Shown here: positions 48,679 to 59,530 of the stretch, in pieces
Layout: each line of letters opens with the position of its first letter
How positions within the stretch are numbered: position 1 is the stretch's first letter
Source: Acidimicrobiia bacterium
GTDB lineage: Bacteria > Actinomycetota > Acidimicrobiia > Acidimicrobiales > CATQHL01
DNA length: 64,000 nt
Assembly: GCA_009835395.1 (NCBI GenBank)
Contig: VXXM01000014.1
Span: 3,091-67,090, forward strand
Direction of reading: 5' to 3'
Program-made: the position numbers and the translations under genes
The notes under the pieces: model-generated
The model's input: the letters and a program-made list of their open reading frames with translations, nothing else
Database searches by the model: none
Told to the model about the DNA's origin: nothing

Positions 48679-50604
48679 GTGAGCCTCGCCGAGCGGAGCC
48701 TTGCGCTGCTGGCGGCGGCGACCGAGGCGCTCGACGAGGCGGGCGAGCACCGCCCGGGCCAGGAGCAGATGACCGAGGCGGTGGCGCGAGCCTTCGAGAC
48801 CGCCCGGCACCTCGCCGCCGCTGCGGGCACCGGCACCGGCAAGTCCCTGGCCTATCTCATCCCCGCCGTGCTCAGCGGTCGGCGGGTGGTCGTGGCCACG
48901 GCCACGAAGGCGCTGCAGGATCAACTCGCGACCAGGGAGCTGCCCTTCCTGGCGGACCTGCCGGAGTCGCGGCGACTCCGTCCCGGCGGCCGGCCGTTCC
49001 GCTGGGCGGTGCTGAAGGGACGCTCCAACTACATCTGCCGGCAGCTCGTTGCCGAGGCGACCCGCACCGGCCTCCAACTCGAACTCGGCGCTCCGGGCGC
49101 GGCGAACGGTGCATCCGGCGACGGCGACCGACGAACCGGTGCCGGCGAGGACTTGGCGCGCCTGCTGGCCTGGTCCGACCTGTCGGTCACCGGTGACCGG
49201 GCCGAGGTCGACTGGGAGCTGCCGCCGGGAGCCTGGGAGCGCCTGAGCGTCGACGCCACGCAGTGCCCCGGCCGCAAGCGCTGCCCGCAGGGCGGCGCCT
49301 GCTTCGCCGAGGCGGCCCGCGAGCGGGCCGAGCGCGCCGACATCGTCGTCGTCAACACCCACCTGCTGGTGCTGCACCTGCTCGGGACGCCGCTGCTGCC
49401 GGCCCACGATCTCGTGGTCGTCGACGAGGCGCACCAGTTCGAGGACACGGTCACGGCCATCGCCGGCGTGAGCCTCACCGAGCGCAGCCTGCGCAACGCC
49501 GGCCAGGAGGTCAACGCGGTGATCGCCCGGGCGGGGGCGCCGCTGGCGAGTTCCGGCCGCCGCATCGCCGAGATCCTTCCGGCACACCACGGCAGGCGCC
49601 TGGCGGACGACGGCCCGCCCGAACTCACCGAGGCCCTCACCCTGACCGGAACCCGGCTGGCGGCGGTGGTCGCCGAGTTGCGCGACGCCCAGCCCGGCGA
49701 CGACGACGCCGAGGCACAGCGGCTGAGGGCGCTCGGGGCGGTGTCGGCACTCGCCGAGGACGTGGCCGCGCTGCTGGCGCGACCGGAGGGCACGGTCGCC
49801 TTCGTGGCGGGATCCGCCGCCGCTCCCGAACTTCGCCTCGCCCATCTGGAGGTCGGCGAGATCCTGCGCGAGCCCCTCTTCGCAGAGCGGACCGTGGTGA
49901 TGACATCGGCGACCCTCGGCGCCGCCACACCGACCGCTCTCGGGCTCGAGCGCGACGACTACCGGCATCTGGACGTGGGCAGCCCGTTCGACTACCGGGC
50001 GGCCGGGCTGCTCTACTGCGCCGCCGACCTCCCGCCGCGCAACTCCCCGGCGTTCACCGAGGCGGCGATCACCGAACTCGAGCTGCTCGTCAACGCCGCC
50101 AGGGGGCGCACCCTGGCCCTGTTCACCAGCCACCGGATGCTGGCGCAGGCCGCCGAGGCCCTCGGGCCTCGACTTCGCTGGCCGCTGCTGCGCCAGGGCG
50201 ACCTTCCCCCGCCGCAGCTCCTCGCACGCTTCGCCGCCGATGAGGCCTCCTGCCTGTTCGCCACCATCGGCTTCTGGCAGGGAGTGGACGTGCCCGGACC
50301 GGCGCTGACTCTCGTGACCCTGGACCGCCTCCCGTTTCCCCGCCCCGACGATCCGCTCCTCAGCGCCCGGCGGGAGCGCATCGGCGAGGACGCGTTCCGC
50401 CTCGTCGACCTCAGGCGCGCCTCCATACTGCTGGCACAGGGGGCCGGTCGCCTGATTCGAACCGACGCGGACCGGGGTGTCGTGGCCGTGCTGGATCCCC
50501 GCCTGGCCACCGCCCGCTACCGGGAGGACCTGCTGGCGGAGGTGCCCCCGCTGCGCCGCACGGTGAAGAGGGCCGAAGTCCTGGAGTTCCTCGCCTCGCT
50601 CTGA
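48679..50604 (+). CDS. dinG: DinG/YoaA-family ATP-dependent helicase
   Basis: GTGTGKS, KGRSNYIC, Fe-S cysteines, DEAH, TSATL, FWQGVDVPG, QGAGRLIR. Confidence 0.92.
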   Translation: MSLAERSLALLAAATEALDEAGEHRPGQEQMTEAVARAFETARHLAAAAGTGTGKSLAYLIPAVLSGRRVVVATATKALQDQLATRELPFLADLPESRRLRPGGRPFRWAVLKGRSNYICRQLVAEATRTGLQLELGAPGAANGASGDGDRRTGAGEDLARLLAWSDLSVTGDRAEVDWELPPGAWERLSVDATQCPGRKRCPQGGACFAEAARERAERADIVVVNTHLLVLHLLGTPLLPAHDLVVVDEAHQFEDTVTAIAGVSLTERSLRNAGQEVNAVIARAGAPLASSGRRIAEILPAHHGRRLADDGPPELTEALTLTGTRLAAVVAELRDAQPGDDDAEAQRLRALGAVSALAEDVAALLARPEGTVAFVAGSAAAPELRLAHLEVGEILREPLFAERTVVMTSATLGAATPTALGLERDDYRHLDVGSPFDYRAAGLLYCAADLPPRNSPAFTEAAITELELLVNAARGRTLALFTSHRMLAQAAEALGPRLRWPLLRQGDLPPPQLLARFAADEASCLFATIGFWQGVDVPGPALTLVTLDRLPFPRPDDPLLSARRERIGEDAFRLVDLRRASILLAQGAGRLIRTDADRGVVAVLDPRLATARYREDLLAEVPPLRRTVKRAEVLEFLASL

Positions 50605-50624
50605 GGCCCGGGCGGCCCGGGCCC

Positions 50625-51479
50625 TCAACTGCAGTAGCGCTCCACGGCGCCCGGTCGGTCCTGCCAGTTGGGATCCACCGAGACGTGCAGCTCGAGGTAG
50701 GCCCCCTTCGGCAACTGCCGGCGCACCTCGGTTCCCACCCGCTTCAGGACCTCGCCGCGATGCCCGATGACGATGCGGCGCTGCGAATCCCGCTCGACGA
50801 GGATCTCGCAGCGGATGCGCGGCCAGTCCCACTCCGTGACCTGCGTGGCGATGGCGTAGGGCAGTTCGTCGCGCACCACCGCCAAGAGCTGCTCCCGCAC
50901 CAACTCCGCAACCGCCACCTCGTCGGGTATCGCGCTCACCATGCCCTCGGGGTAGTAGGGCGGGCCCGGCGGCATCCGCGCCAGCAGATGCTCCACGAAC
51001 GCCTCGACACCCTCGCCGGTGCGCGCCGAGAGCGGGAAGTACGCCGCCGCGGGCACCTCCGAGAGCCGCGCCAGCTGCTCCAGGAGTCGGGCCGGCGAGG
51101 CGACGTCGATCTTGTTCACCACGACGACGCCATCGGCGGGGAGCTTCGCCGCCACAAACCGGTCCCCGGGCCCGAAGGGAGCCGTCGCGTCGACGACCAG
51201 GCAGGCCACGTCCACGTCGTCGAGCGCCTCGGTGGCGGTGGCGTTCAGACGGGAGCCCAGCGCCGTGCGCGGCTTGCCGATGCCGGGCGTGTCCACGAAG
51301 ACGACCTGGACGCCGGCGCGGTGCAGCACCCCGTGGATGGCGCGCCGGGTGGTCTGCGGCTTGTCGCTGACGATCGAGACCTTCGTTCCGCACAGCCGGT
51401 TCAGCAGCGTCGACTTGCCCACGTTCGGCCGCCCGACCAGCGTCACGAAGCCGGACCGCAGCTCCCCCTCAGGACTCAC
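50625..51479 (-). CDS. era: GTPase Era
   Basis: GRPNVGKSTL, KPQTTR, DTPG, NKID, KH domain. Confidence 0.96.
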   Translation of the reverse strand: MSPEGELRSGFVTLVGRPNVGKSTLLNRLCGTKVSIVSDKPQTTRRAIHGVLHRAGVQVVFVDTPGIGKPRTALGSRLNATATEALDDVDVACLVVDATAPFGPGDRFVAAKLPADGVVVVNKIDVASPARLLEQLARLSEVPAAAYFPLSARTGEGVEAFVEHLLARMPPGPPYYPEGMVSAIPDEVAVAELVREQLLAVVRDELPYAIATQVTEWDWPRIRCEILVERDSQRRIVIGHRGEVLKRVGTEVRRQLPKGAYLELHVSVDPNWQDRPGAVERYCS

Positions 51480-52729
51480 GGCGGGGGTGACGTGCCGAGT
51501 TCGGTCACCAGCACCCGGGCGATGCGGCGGCGCTGGACCCGCTCCACGAGGAAGCGATGGCCGTTCACGTCGAGGCTCTCACCCTCCTGCGGGACGCGCC
51601 CCAGAAGGGTGAAGATCAGACCTCCCACCGTGCTCCAGCGCCCCGAGGGCAGTTCCGCCTCGAGCGCTTCGGACAGTTCGCTGAGCGGCACCCGGCCGCT
51701 CACCCGGAACCTGCCCTCCTCCAGCTTCTCCACCAGCGCGTGCTCCACATCGAACTCGTCGGTGATCTCCCCCACCATCTCCTCGAGCAGGTCCTCGAGG
51801 GTGACGAGGCCGGCGGTGCCGCCGAACTCGTCGATGACGATCACCAGATGGGAACGCCCGCCCTGCATCTCGGCCAGCAACTCGGCGGTCCGCTTGGTGT
51901 CGGGGACGAATCCGATCTCGCGCATCACCTCGCCGACGGGCCTGCCGTCACCCTCGTCGCGTACCGCCGCGATGAGATCCCGCACGTGGGCGAGGCCCAC
52001 GATGTCGTCGATCCCCTCGCCGTAGACGGGGATGCGGGTGAGGCCGTTGAACAGGGCCACCTCGAGCGCCTCGGCGACGTTGAAGGTGCGTGCAATCGCC
52101 ACCATGTCGGGGCGCGGCACCATGACCTCCCTGGCGATGGTGTCGCCGAAGGAGATCACCGACTCGATGAGACGGTGCTCCTGCGCTTCGATGCTCTCGT
52201 CCGCGGCCGCCAGCTCGGCGACGGCCAGCAACTCCTCCTCCGAGACCGCCTCGGGCTCGTCCCGCTCGTTCTGGCCGAATCCCCCCGCCCGCTGCGGCAG
52301 CTGCACGAGCCAGCGCAGCGGCGTGAACACCACCAGGACCCGCAGGAACGGGGCAACGAGGCGCGCCACCCGCTCGGGCCGGCGCATGGCCAGGGACTTC
52401 GCCCCGACGCCGATGGCGAGGTAGAGCACGACCAGTTCGACGACGAAGGCGATACCCAGCGCGCCGGCTCCCCAGCGTCGCTGCGCCAGGAAGGCGACGA
52501 GGGTGGCAACGCCCAGATGGCTGGCCAGGACCAGCCCCAGCACCAGGCCGAGAACCTGCCGGCGGCGTTCCAGCAGCCAGCCCAGCGGGCTGGTCTCGTC
52601 GGGCTCCTCCTCGAGCAGCACCCTGGCCCGGCTCTGGCGCAACCGGGTGAGGCTCGTCTCGGCAGCCGACAGCACGACCGCGCACAGGCTCAGAACCGCC
52701 ACGGCCGCGATCGCCAGCGCCTCGGCCAT
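51476..52729 (-). CDS. CNNM/CBS/CorC hemolysin-family protein
   Basis: AAETSL, REVMVPR, RIPVY, DEFGGTAGLVTLEDLLEEMVGEI. Confidence 0.92.
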   Translation of the reverse strand: MAEALAIAAVAVLSLCAVVLSAAETSLTRLRQSRARVLLEEEPDETSPLGWLLERRRQVLGLVLGLVLASHLGVATLVAFLAQRRWGAGALGIAFVVELVVLYLAIGVGAKSLAMRRPERVARLVAPFLRVLVVFTPLRWLVQLPQRAGGFGQNERDEPEAVSEEELLAVAELAAADESIEAQEHRLIESVISFGDTIAREVMVPRPDMVAIARTFNVAEALEVALFNGLTRIPVYGEGIDDIVGLAHVRDLIAAVRDEGDGRPVGEVMREIGFVPDTKRTAELLAEMQGGRSHLVIVIDEFGGTAGLVTLEDLLEEMVGEITDEFDVEHALVEKLEEGRFRVSGRVPLSELSEALEAELPSGRWSTVGGLIFTLLGRVPQEGESLDVNGHRFLVERVQRRRIARVLVTELGTSPPP

Positions 52730-52732
52730 CGC

Positions 52733-53379
52733 TCAGCCCGCCCTCCGGGGATCGCCTGTCGTTGCGGAGGCGCCGCGCGCCCCGGGCCGGTGGAGACGGG
52801 CGAGCAGGGTCCGGGTTCGCCGCTTCATCCTGAGGGACTCCAGCGGGCCGGCGTGGTCGTGTCCGAGCAGGTGCAGCACACCGTGCACGATGAGCAGGGC
52901 CAACTCGTCAGCGGGCGCGTGGCCCGCCTGGACGGCCTGGCGGACCGCGACCGGCGGGCAGACGATGACATCGCCCATGAGCAGCGGGGCGTCTCCGGCC
53001 GGGGCGGCGCGGAGGGCGCGCCGGGCGCTCGTCTCCACCGGGAACGCCAGGACGTCGGTCGGATGGTCGCTCCGAAGCCAGACGGCCGCCAACTCGGTGA
53101 TCTCGGCCTCGTCCACGAACGCCAGCCCCAGCTCGGCAGGGCGCCGGACCCCTTCGCCGTAGGCGGCGGACGCCGCCAGCAGACCCCACCGGTCGAGGTC
53201 GAGGTCCTCCCCCCCGGGACCGGGGTCGGGGCCGCACCGGTCCACCACGTCGACGGCCACGGGTCCGTGCACGACCCGCCGCCGGCGCGGGGGGTCCTCG
53301 TCCTGGTGCCCGGCGCGTGGCTGCCCGCCGGCCGAAGGTCGCCTCCGGTCACCCGGAGAGTCCTCGGGCCCGTCCTCGC

Positions 53380-53383
<4 letters not shown>
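52733..53383 (-). CDS. ybeY: rRNA maturation endoribonuclease YbeY
   Basis: PTDVLAFP, GDVIVC, HGVLHLLGHDH. Confidence 0.92.
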
Positions 53384-54378
<995 letters not shown>

Positions 54379-54468
54379 GGCAACCCGGACGGGGCGACCT
54401 GGCTACCCGCTTGCAGTTCGGAGTGGGCGCCGGTCAGCGCGCCGCACGTGAGGAGGTCCGGCAAGCGA

Positions 54469-54750
54469 CTAGCTCTCCGGTGACGACTCTTCCTCGCCTG
54501 CGCCTGAGGCCTGCGCGGGGATCGGATCCGGGTACAGATGCTTCAGGGTGCCGGGTTCGACGCGTGATTGCTCGATGAACGCATCGACGTCACTCGCCTT
54601 GAACCGGAAGACCCGCCCGAAGCGATACGCCGGAAGCTGCCCGATATCCACAAACCTGTAAATCGTCCGGGTCGTCAGGCCGAGACGCCTTGCCGTGTCT
54701 TCAGTGCTGAGCCAATCGATGTCCGACTCTACCATGTCCGTGAACCTCAC
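54469..54750 (-). CDS. Excisionase-like HTH (HTH_17) DNA-binding protein
   Basis: WLSTEDTARRLGLTTRTIYRFVDIGQLPAYRFGRVFRF. Confidence 0.88.
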   Translation of the reverse strand: MRFTDMVESDIDWLSTEDTARRLGLTTRTIYRFVDIGQLPAYRFGRVFRFKASDVDAFIEQSRVEPGTLKHLYPDPIPAQASGAGEEESSPES

Positions 54751-54914
54751 AACCTCGTGTCGTTCCCATCCCCCTAGTGCATTGGTGCTGCACTACGGAG
54801 ACAAACGGTCGTAGCACCTTGTGACAAGTTGCCCGTCGCCCTGGAAACAGAAACCAACGCACATGATGTTAGTGGATGTCACCGCCCCGGGGGTGGCAAC
54901 CGCCTCGGGCCGGC

Positions 54915-55919
54915 TCACAGGGCGCCGTCGACCTCTTCCGGCATCGCGACGTCGAGCAGGATTTTTCCGAAACTGGCGTTGGACTGCATGTAGATGTGCG
55001 CCTCGACAACCTCGTCGAGGCCGTAGCGCCGGTCTATCACGGTCCGGAGCCGTCCCGACTCGAACAGCGGCAGGACCTCTCTGGCGAAACGCCTGCTGAG
55101 AGCGATCTTCTCCTCCAGCGGGCGCGCCCGCAGCACGGTGCCCACGAGACGGGCCCGCTTGGCCATGAGGCGTCGCAGGGGGACGGTCGCCTCACCGGCC
55201 CCGAGCAGCCCCACCTGCACGATCGAGCCGCGCACGGCCAACGCCGACAGGTTGCGGGCCAGGTTGTCGCCGCCGACGATGTCGACCACCACGTCGGCGC
55301 CGCGCCCGCCGGTCAGGTCGCGGGTCGCCTCGACGAAGTCCTCGCCGCGGTAGTCGACCGCCAGGTCGGCGCCGAGTGCGCGGCATCGCGCCAGCTTCGG
55401 CGCCGAGGCGGTCGCCACCACCGTCGCCCCCAGTGCTCTGGCGAGTTGGATCGCGGCGGTCCCCACGCCCGAGCCGCCGCCGTGCACCAGCGCAACACGG
55501 CCCGACGTGAGACCGCCCTGGCAGACCAGTGCGTCCCAGGCGGTGATCCACACCTCGGGAATGGCGGCCGCGTCCGCCAGCGCCATCCCGGCCGGTGGCC
55601 GCAGCGCCATGCGCTCGTGGGTGACAAGCTGCTCGGCGTACGAGCCGCCGCTGGTGAGTCCCATGACGGGGTCCCCGGCGACGAGACTCCCCACCCGCGC
55701 GCCGACCGCGGCGACCCGCCCGGCGAACTCGAGTCCGAGGATCTCGACGGCGGCCTCGGGCCCCGGGTACCGGCCCATGCGCTGCAGCAGGTCGGCCCGG
55801 TTGAGGGCCGTCGAGACGACGTCCACGAGAATCTCGTCGGGCCCGGGGACCGGCGGCTCGACCTCCGCCAGCCGCAGCACCTCGGGACCGCCGTAGCCGG
55901 CCAGGACGACAGCGCGCAC
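54915..55919 (-). CDS. NAD(P)H-quinone oxidoreductase (zeta-crystallin/PIG3 family)
   Basis: NRADLLQR, LGLEFAG, PEVWITAW, HGGGSGVG, GTVLRAR, GKILL. Confidence 0.93.
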   Translation of the reverse strand: MRAVVLAGYGGPEVLRLAEVEPPVPGPDEILVDVVSTALNRADLLQRMGRYPGPEAAVEILGLEFAGRVAAVGARVGSLVAGDPVMGLTSGGSYAEQLVTHERMALRPPAGMALADAAAIPEVWITAWDALVCQGGLTSGRVALVHGGGSGVGTAAIQLARALGATVVATASAPKLARCRALGADLAVDYRGEDFVEATRDLTGGRGADVVVDIVGGDNLARNLSALAVRGSIVQVGLLGAGEATVPLRRLMAKRARLVGTVLRARPLEEKIALSRRFAREVLPLFESGRLRTVIDRRYGLDEVVEAHIYMQSNASFGKILLDVAMPEEVDGAL

Positions 55920-56786
55920 CTAGACGAGCCTACCGCCGCCGCCACCGGCGCTCGGCGGGTCCGGGCCGGGGCCTCGGGTGCCGCTCGAGGAGTCAGGTGG
56001 CTGTCCGGGTTCCCGGAGCATGTCGCGAATCATCCGCAGCGCTATCACGATCAGCAGGGCGGCGAAGAGCGCCGAGGAGACCGGCGACGGGATCACGCCC
56101 GCCAGCATCCCGCCGCCGAATGCCGACAGCATGCCCCCCGCCCCGATCACCAGAGCGCCCCGGAGGTCGACGTTGTCGTTGCGCAGGTTGCGCAGCGTCC
56201 CCACGATGGCGGTCGGGAGAACCACCAGCAACGAGGTTCCCTTGGCGGTCACGTCGCCCAGCTCGAAGAGCAGCACGAGCGCGGGAACCACGATCACGCC
56301 TCCTCCCACGCCCATCAGACCCGCCACCAGGCCCACCAACACCCCGCAGCCCACGAGGCCGAACGCCACGGCCACGGTCAGCGAGAGTTCGCCGGCGGCT
56401 TCGGCTGTGCCGGCCAACATGCGTCCCGCCGTCACCGCCAGGAGCAGGACGAACACCACCTGCAGCGTGCGGATGCGGACACGGTTGAGCAGCTCCACCC
56501 CCGCCAGCACGCCGAGTCCCGAGCCGGCGAAGATCAGCGATGCGGCGACGACGTCCACCGCGTCATTGAGCGCGTAGGCGACGACGCCGGCGGCGGCGAA
56601 GAGGGCCGAGGTGGCGAGCGACGTGCCGTGCGCAATCCGCTGACGAAAGCCCCCCAGCAACATCAGGCCGGGGGCGATGAAGATCCCCCCGCCCACGCCG
56701 AACAGCCCCGCGATGAAGCCGGCGGCAACGCCAACCCCGGCGAGAACCCACCGCGGGCGAGCTCGCTCGCCGTCGGCCCCCCTCAC
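55920..56786 (-). CDS. TauE/SafE sulfite exporter family protein
   Basis: Duplicated GLFGVGGG / GLMGVGGG...AHGTSL / AKGTSL; GTG start overlaps the upstream stop. Confidence 0.88.
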   Translation of the reverse strand: MRGADGERARPRWVLAGVGVAAGFIAGLFGVGGGIFIAPGLMLLGGFRQRIAHGTSLATSALFAAAGVVAYALNDAVDVVAASLIFAGSGLGVLAGVELLNRVRIRTLQVVFVLLLAVTAGRMLAGTAEAAGELSLTVAVAFGLVGCGVLVGLVAGLMGVGGGVIVVPALVLLFELGDVTAKGTSLLVVLPTAIVGTLRNLRNDNVDLRGALVIGAGGMLSAFGGGMLAGVIPSPVSSALFAALLIVIALRMIRDMLREPGQPPDSSSGTRGPGPDPPSAGGGGGRLV

Positions 56787-57700
56787 GCCTGCGGGCTCGC
56801 CTCGGTTGCCGGATCGGCCCCCTCTCGCTGCTCCCGGCGCCGGCCGCCCGCGTACTCGAATCCGAAGCGACCCTTGATGCAAAGATGCCCGGACGTGACC
56901 TCGTGGTCCTGCGGCGAGGTGACCCGGAAGATCTCGTCGTCCTGGGTGTGCAGTTCCAGGTTGCAGCCGACGCCGCAGTAGGGGCAGACCGTCGTGGTCA
57001 CCGCCTGGGCCTCGGGGTCGAACCGGCCCGATTCACGGAGGTCGTACTCCCGGGTGAAGATGAGCGCTCCCGTCGGGCACACCCCGATGCAGTTGCCGCA
57101 GTACACGCAGGCCGACTCGGGCAACTCGACGTCGTACTCGGTGGATATGCGGGCATCGAATCCCCGACCGGCCACGGCGATCGCGAACGTGTATTGGGCC
57201 TCGGTGCCGCAGGCGTCGACACACTTGTAGCAGAGCACGCAACGGTCGTAGTCCCGGACGTACAGCTCGTCGTGGCGCCGTACCGGCTCTGTCACCCGTG
57301 CCCGGTCGGGCCCGTGGCGTTCGGGGTCGGTTCCGTACTCCTCGAGCCAGCGCAGGATGTCCGCCTCGGCGCGGGAGAGATCCACCGACGAGGCGAGCAA
57401 CTCCAGGACCATGCGGCGCGAGGCCCGCACCCGGTCGCCGCCGGTGCGGATCTCCATGCCCTCGGTCACCCGGCGTGAGCAGGCCGGGACCAGGGTGCGC
57501 GAGCCCTCCAACTCCACGACACAGACCCGGCAGGCGTTGACGGGTGTGATCGTCGGGTCCCAGCAGATCGTCGGCACCTCCACCCCGGCGTCGCGGCAGA
57601 CGTCCAGGATCGTGCAGCCCTCGGCGGCGGACCGCTCGGCGCCGTCGATTCGCACCGCGACCTTGCGGCGGGGTATCCCCACCGGCACCGGGTTGCTCAT
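56783..57700 (-). CDS. 2Fe-2S/4Fe-4S protein (N-terminal module of FDH alpha / NuoG-like)
   Basis: PTIC...ACRVCVVE...PAC; CVLCYKCVDAC; CVYCGNCIGVCPTGAL; CPYCGVGC...LCIKGRFG, then stop. No Mo domain follows. Confidence 0.88.
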   Translation of the reverse strand: MSNPVPVGIPRRKVAVRIDGAERSAAEGCTILDVCRDAGVEVPTICWDPTITPVNACRVCVVELEGSRTLVPACSRRVTEGMEIRTGGDRVRASRRMVLELLASSVDLSRAEADILRWLEEYGTDPERHGPDRARVTEPVRRHDELYVRDYDRCVLCYKCVDACGTEAQYTFAIAVAGRGFDARISTEYDVELPESACVYCGNCIGVCPTGALIFTREYDLRESGRFDPEAQAVTTTVCPYCGVGCNLELHTQDDEIFRVTSPQDHEVTSGHLCIKGRFGFEYAGGRRREQREGADPATEASPQA

Positions 57701-59463
57701 CGCCGCGCTCCGGCGCCGTCGAGCAGTCCCAGACGCCGGGCGGAGCCCACCGCCGCGGCCGCTGTGTGTCCCAGCCCGCAGATCGAGGCGTCGCTCATCA
57801 CGGTGTCCAGGTCGTCGAGCAGGTCGGCGTCGCCCGGTTGCGCCGAGCCGGAGCGCAGGCGCACGATCGCCTCGTTCTGGCGGACGGTGCCCACCCGGCA
57901 CGGGACGCACTGCCCGCAGGACTCGTCACGGAAGAACTCGGTGATCCGCTCCACGATGTCCCCGATGTCCGCAGCGTCACCGAAGACGGTGACCGAGCCC
58001 GAGCCCAGTGTGAGCTCGGCCGCTCGAACGTCCTCGAAGGTCAAGGGCACGTCGCTCGCCCCGGGGGGCACGAAGACTCCCGCGGCCCCGCCCAACAGCA
58101 CCGCCCCGGGAGAAACCGGGGCGCCGGCGAGTGCCAGCAGCTCGCCGAGAGGCGTGCCGAACGGCACCTCGTAGACACCCGGACCGCTCACGTCGCCGGC
58201 CACCGAGAAGAGTTTCGTGCCGGGACTCTCGGCGGTGCCGACGGCGCGGAAGCCTGCCGCGCCGCAACCGAGGATCACCGGCACATTGTGGAGCGTCTCG
58301 ACGTTGTTGACCACGGTCGGCCGGCCGAACAGTCCCACCTCGGTGGGGAACGGCGGTTTCGACCGGGGCTCGCCGCGGTAGCCCTCCAGCGAGTTGAACA
58401 GCGCCGTCTCCTCGCCGCAGATGTAGGCACCGGCGCCCCGCCGCACGTCGATGTCGAAGGTCAGGCCGCTGCCGGCCACGTCGGAACCCAGCAGCCCGTG
58501 CCGGCGGGCCTGCTCGACGGCGGCAATGATCCGCTCCTCAGCACCGGCGTACTCCCCCCTGATGTAGACGTAGCCCTGCGAGGCGCCGACGGTCACCCCG
58601 GCAATCGTCATGGACTCGACGAGGGCGAAGGGATCTCCCTCCAGCAGCACCCGATCCTTGAAGGTGCCCGGTTCGGACTCATCCGCGTTGCACACGACGT
58701 AGCGATCCCGCTGCGCCGAGGCGGCGACGGCCCGCCACTTCACGCCGGTCGGGAAGGCGGCTCCTCCCCTGCCCCGGAGCCCCGAGTCGGCGATCTCGCG
58801 CAGCACCGCCTCCGGTCCCATCGCCAGCGCGACCCGCAGCGCCTGGTAGCCGCCGTGCGCCCGGTACTCCTCGAGGCTGGTCGGGTCCACGACGCCGATG
58901 CGGCCCGTCAGCCAGGCGGGCCCGGCGGCAACCACCCGCGGCGGCGCCTCCGCCGCACCCTCGCCGGCGAGAGCGTCGGCCACCGATCCCGTGGCCGTCC
59001 AGCGGGCCGCGTCGTCCCCCGCGCGCTGCACGAACAGGGCAGGGGCCCGGTCACATTGGCCGAGGCACGGGCTCGGGTGCACGCCGACCTGCTCGCCACG
59101 GTGGTGACCGGTGTGCTCGGCAGGATCGCGGTAGCCGGGGTGGACGCGGCAGGCGATGTCGTCGCAGACATGGACGACCGTCCGAGGACCCGCCTCGGTG
59201 CGCAGCAGGGCGTAGAAGGTGGCGACTCCGAACGCCTCGGCGCGGGGCACCTCGAGTCGCTCGCAGAGCGCAGCCAGCGCTTCCGGACTTATCCAGCCGA
59301 TCCCGTCCTGCAGGGCGTGCAGCGACGGCAGCAACAGGTGCCGGCGATCCGGTCCTCGCCGGATCACCCGGCTGTCGACAGGGTCGTGGCGACGCCCGAC
59401 GGCCCCGTCCAGAACACGCACCTCCGCCGGTGTCGGGGCGCCGACCGGCGGTCGCGACTCCAT
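57697..59463 (-). CDS. NuoE-NuoF fusion-like NAD(H)-binding flavoprotein (FDH/diaphorase subunit)
   Basis: VATFY, CDDIAC, CLGQC; SGLRGRGGAAFPTG, NADESEPGTFKDR, GAYICGEETAL, ESCGQCVPCRVG, SICGLG. Confidence 0.92.
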   Translation of the reverse strand: MESRPPVGAPTPAEVRVLDGAVGRRHDPVDSRVIRRGPDRRHLLLPSLHALQDGIGWISPEALAALCERLEVPRAEAFGVATFYALLRTEAGPRTVVHVCDDIACRVHPGYRDPAEHTGHHRGEQVGVHPSPCLGQCDRAPALFVQRAGDDAARWTATGSVADALAGEGAAEAPPRVVAAGPAWLTGRIGVVDPTSLEEYRAHGGYQALRVALAMGPEAVLREIADSGLRGRGGAAFPTGVKWRAVAASAQRDRYVVCNADESEPGTFKDRVLLEGDPFALVESMTIAGVTVGASQGYVYIRGEYAGAEERIIAAVEQARRHGLLGSDVAGSGLTFDIDVRRGAGAYICGEETALFNSLEGYRGEPRSKPPFPTEVGLFGRPTVVNNVETLHNVPVILGCGAAGFRAVGTAESPGTKLFSVAGDVSGPGVYEVPFGTPLGELLALAGAPVSPGAVLLGGAAGVFVPPGASDVPLTFEDVRAAELTLGSGSVTVFGDAADIGDIVERITEFFRDESCGQCVPCRVGTVRQNEAIVRLRSGSAQPGDADLLDDLDTVMSDASICGLGHTAAAAVGSARRLGLLDGAGARR

Positions 59464-59530
59464 CGTGCCAGCCTAGGAGTGCGGTTCAGCGTCGCAGAGT
59501 CAGCCCCGTCACGCGGCCGGAAGACACCAC

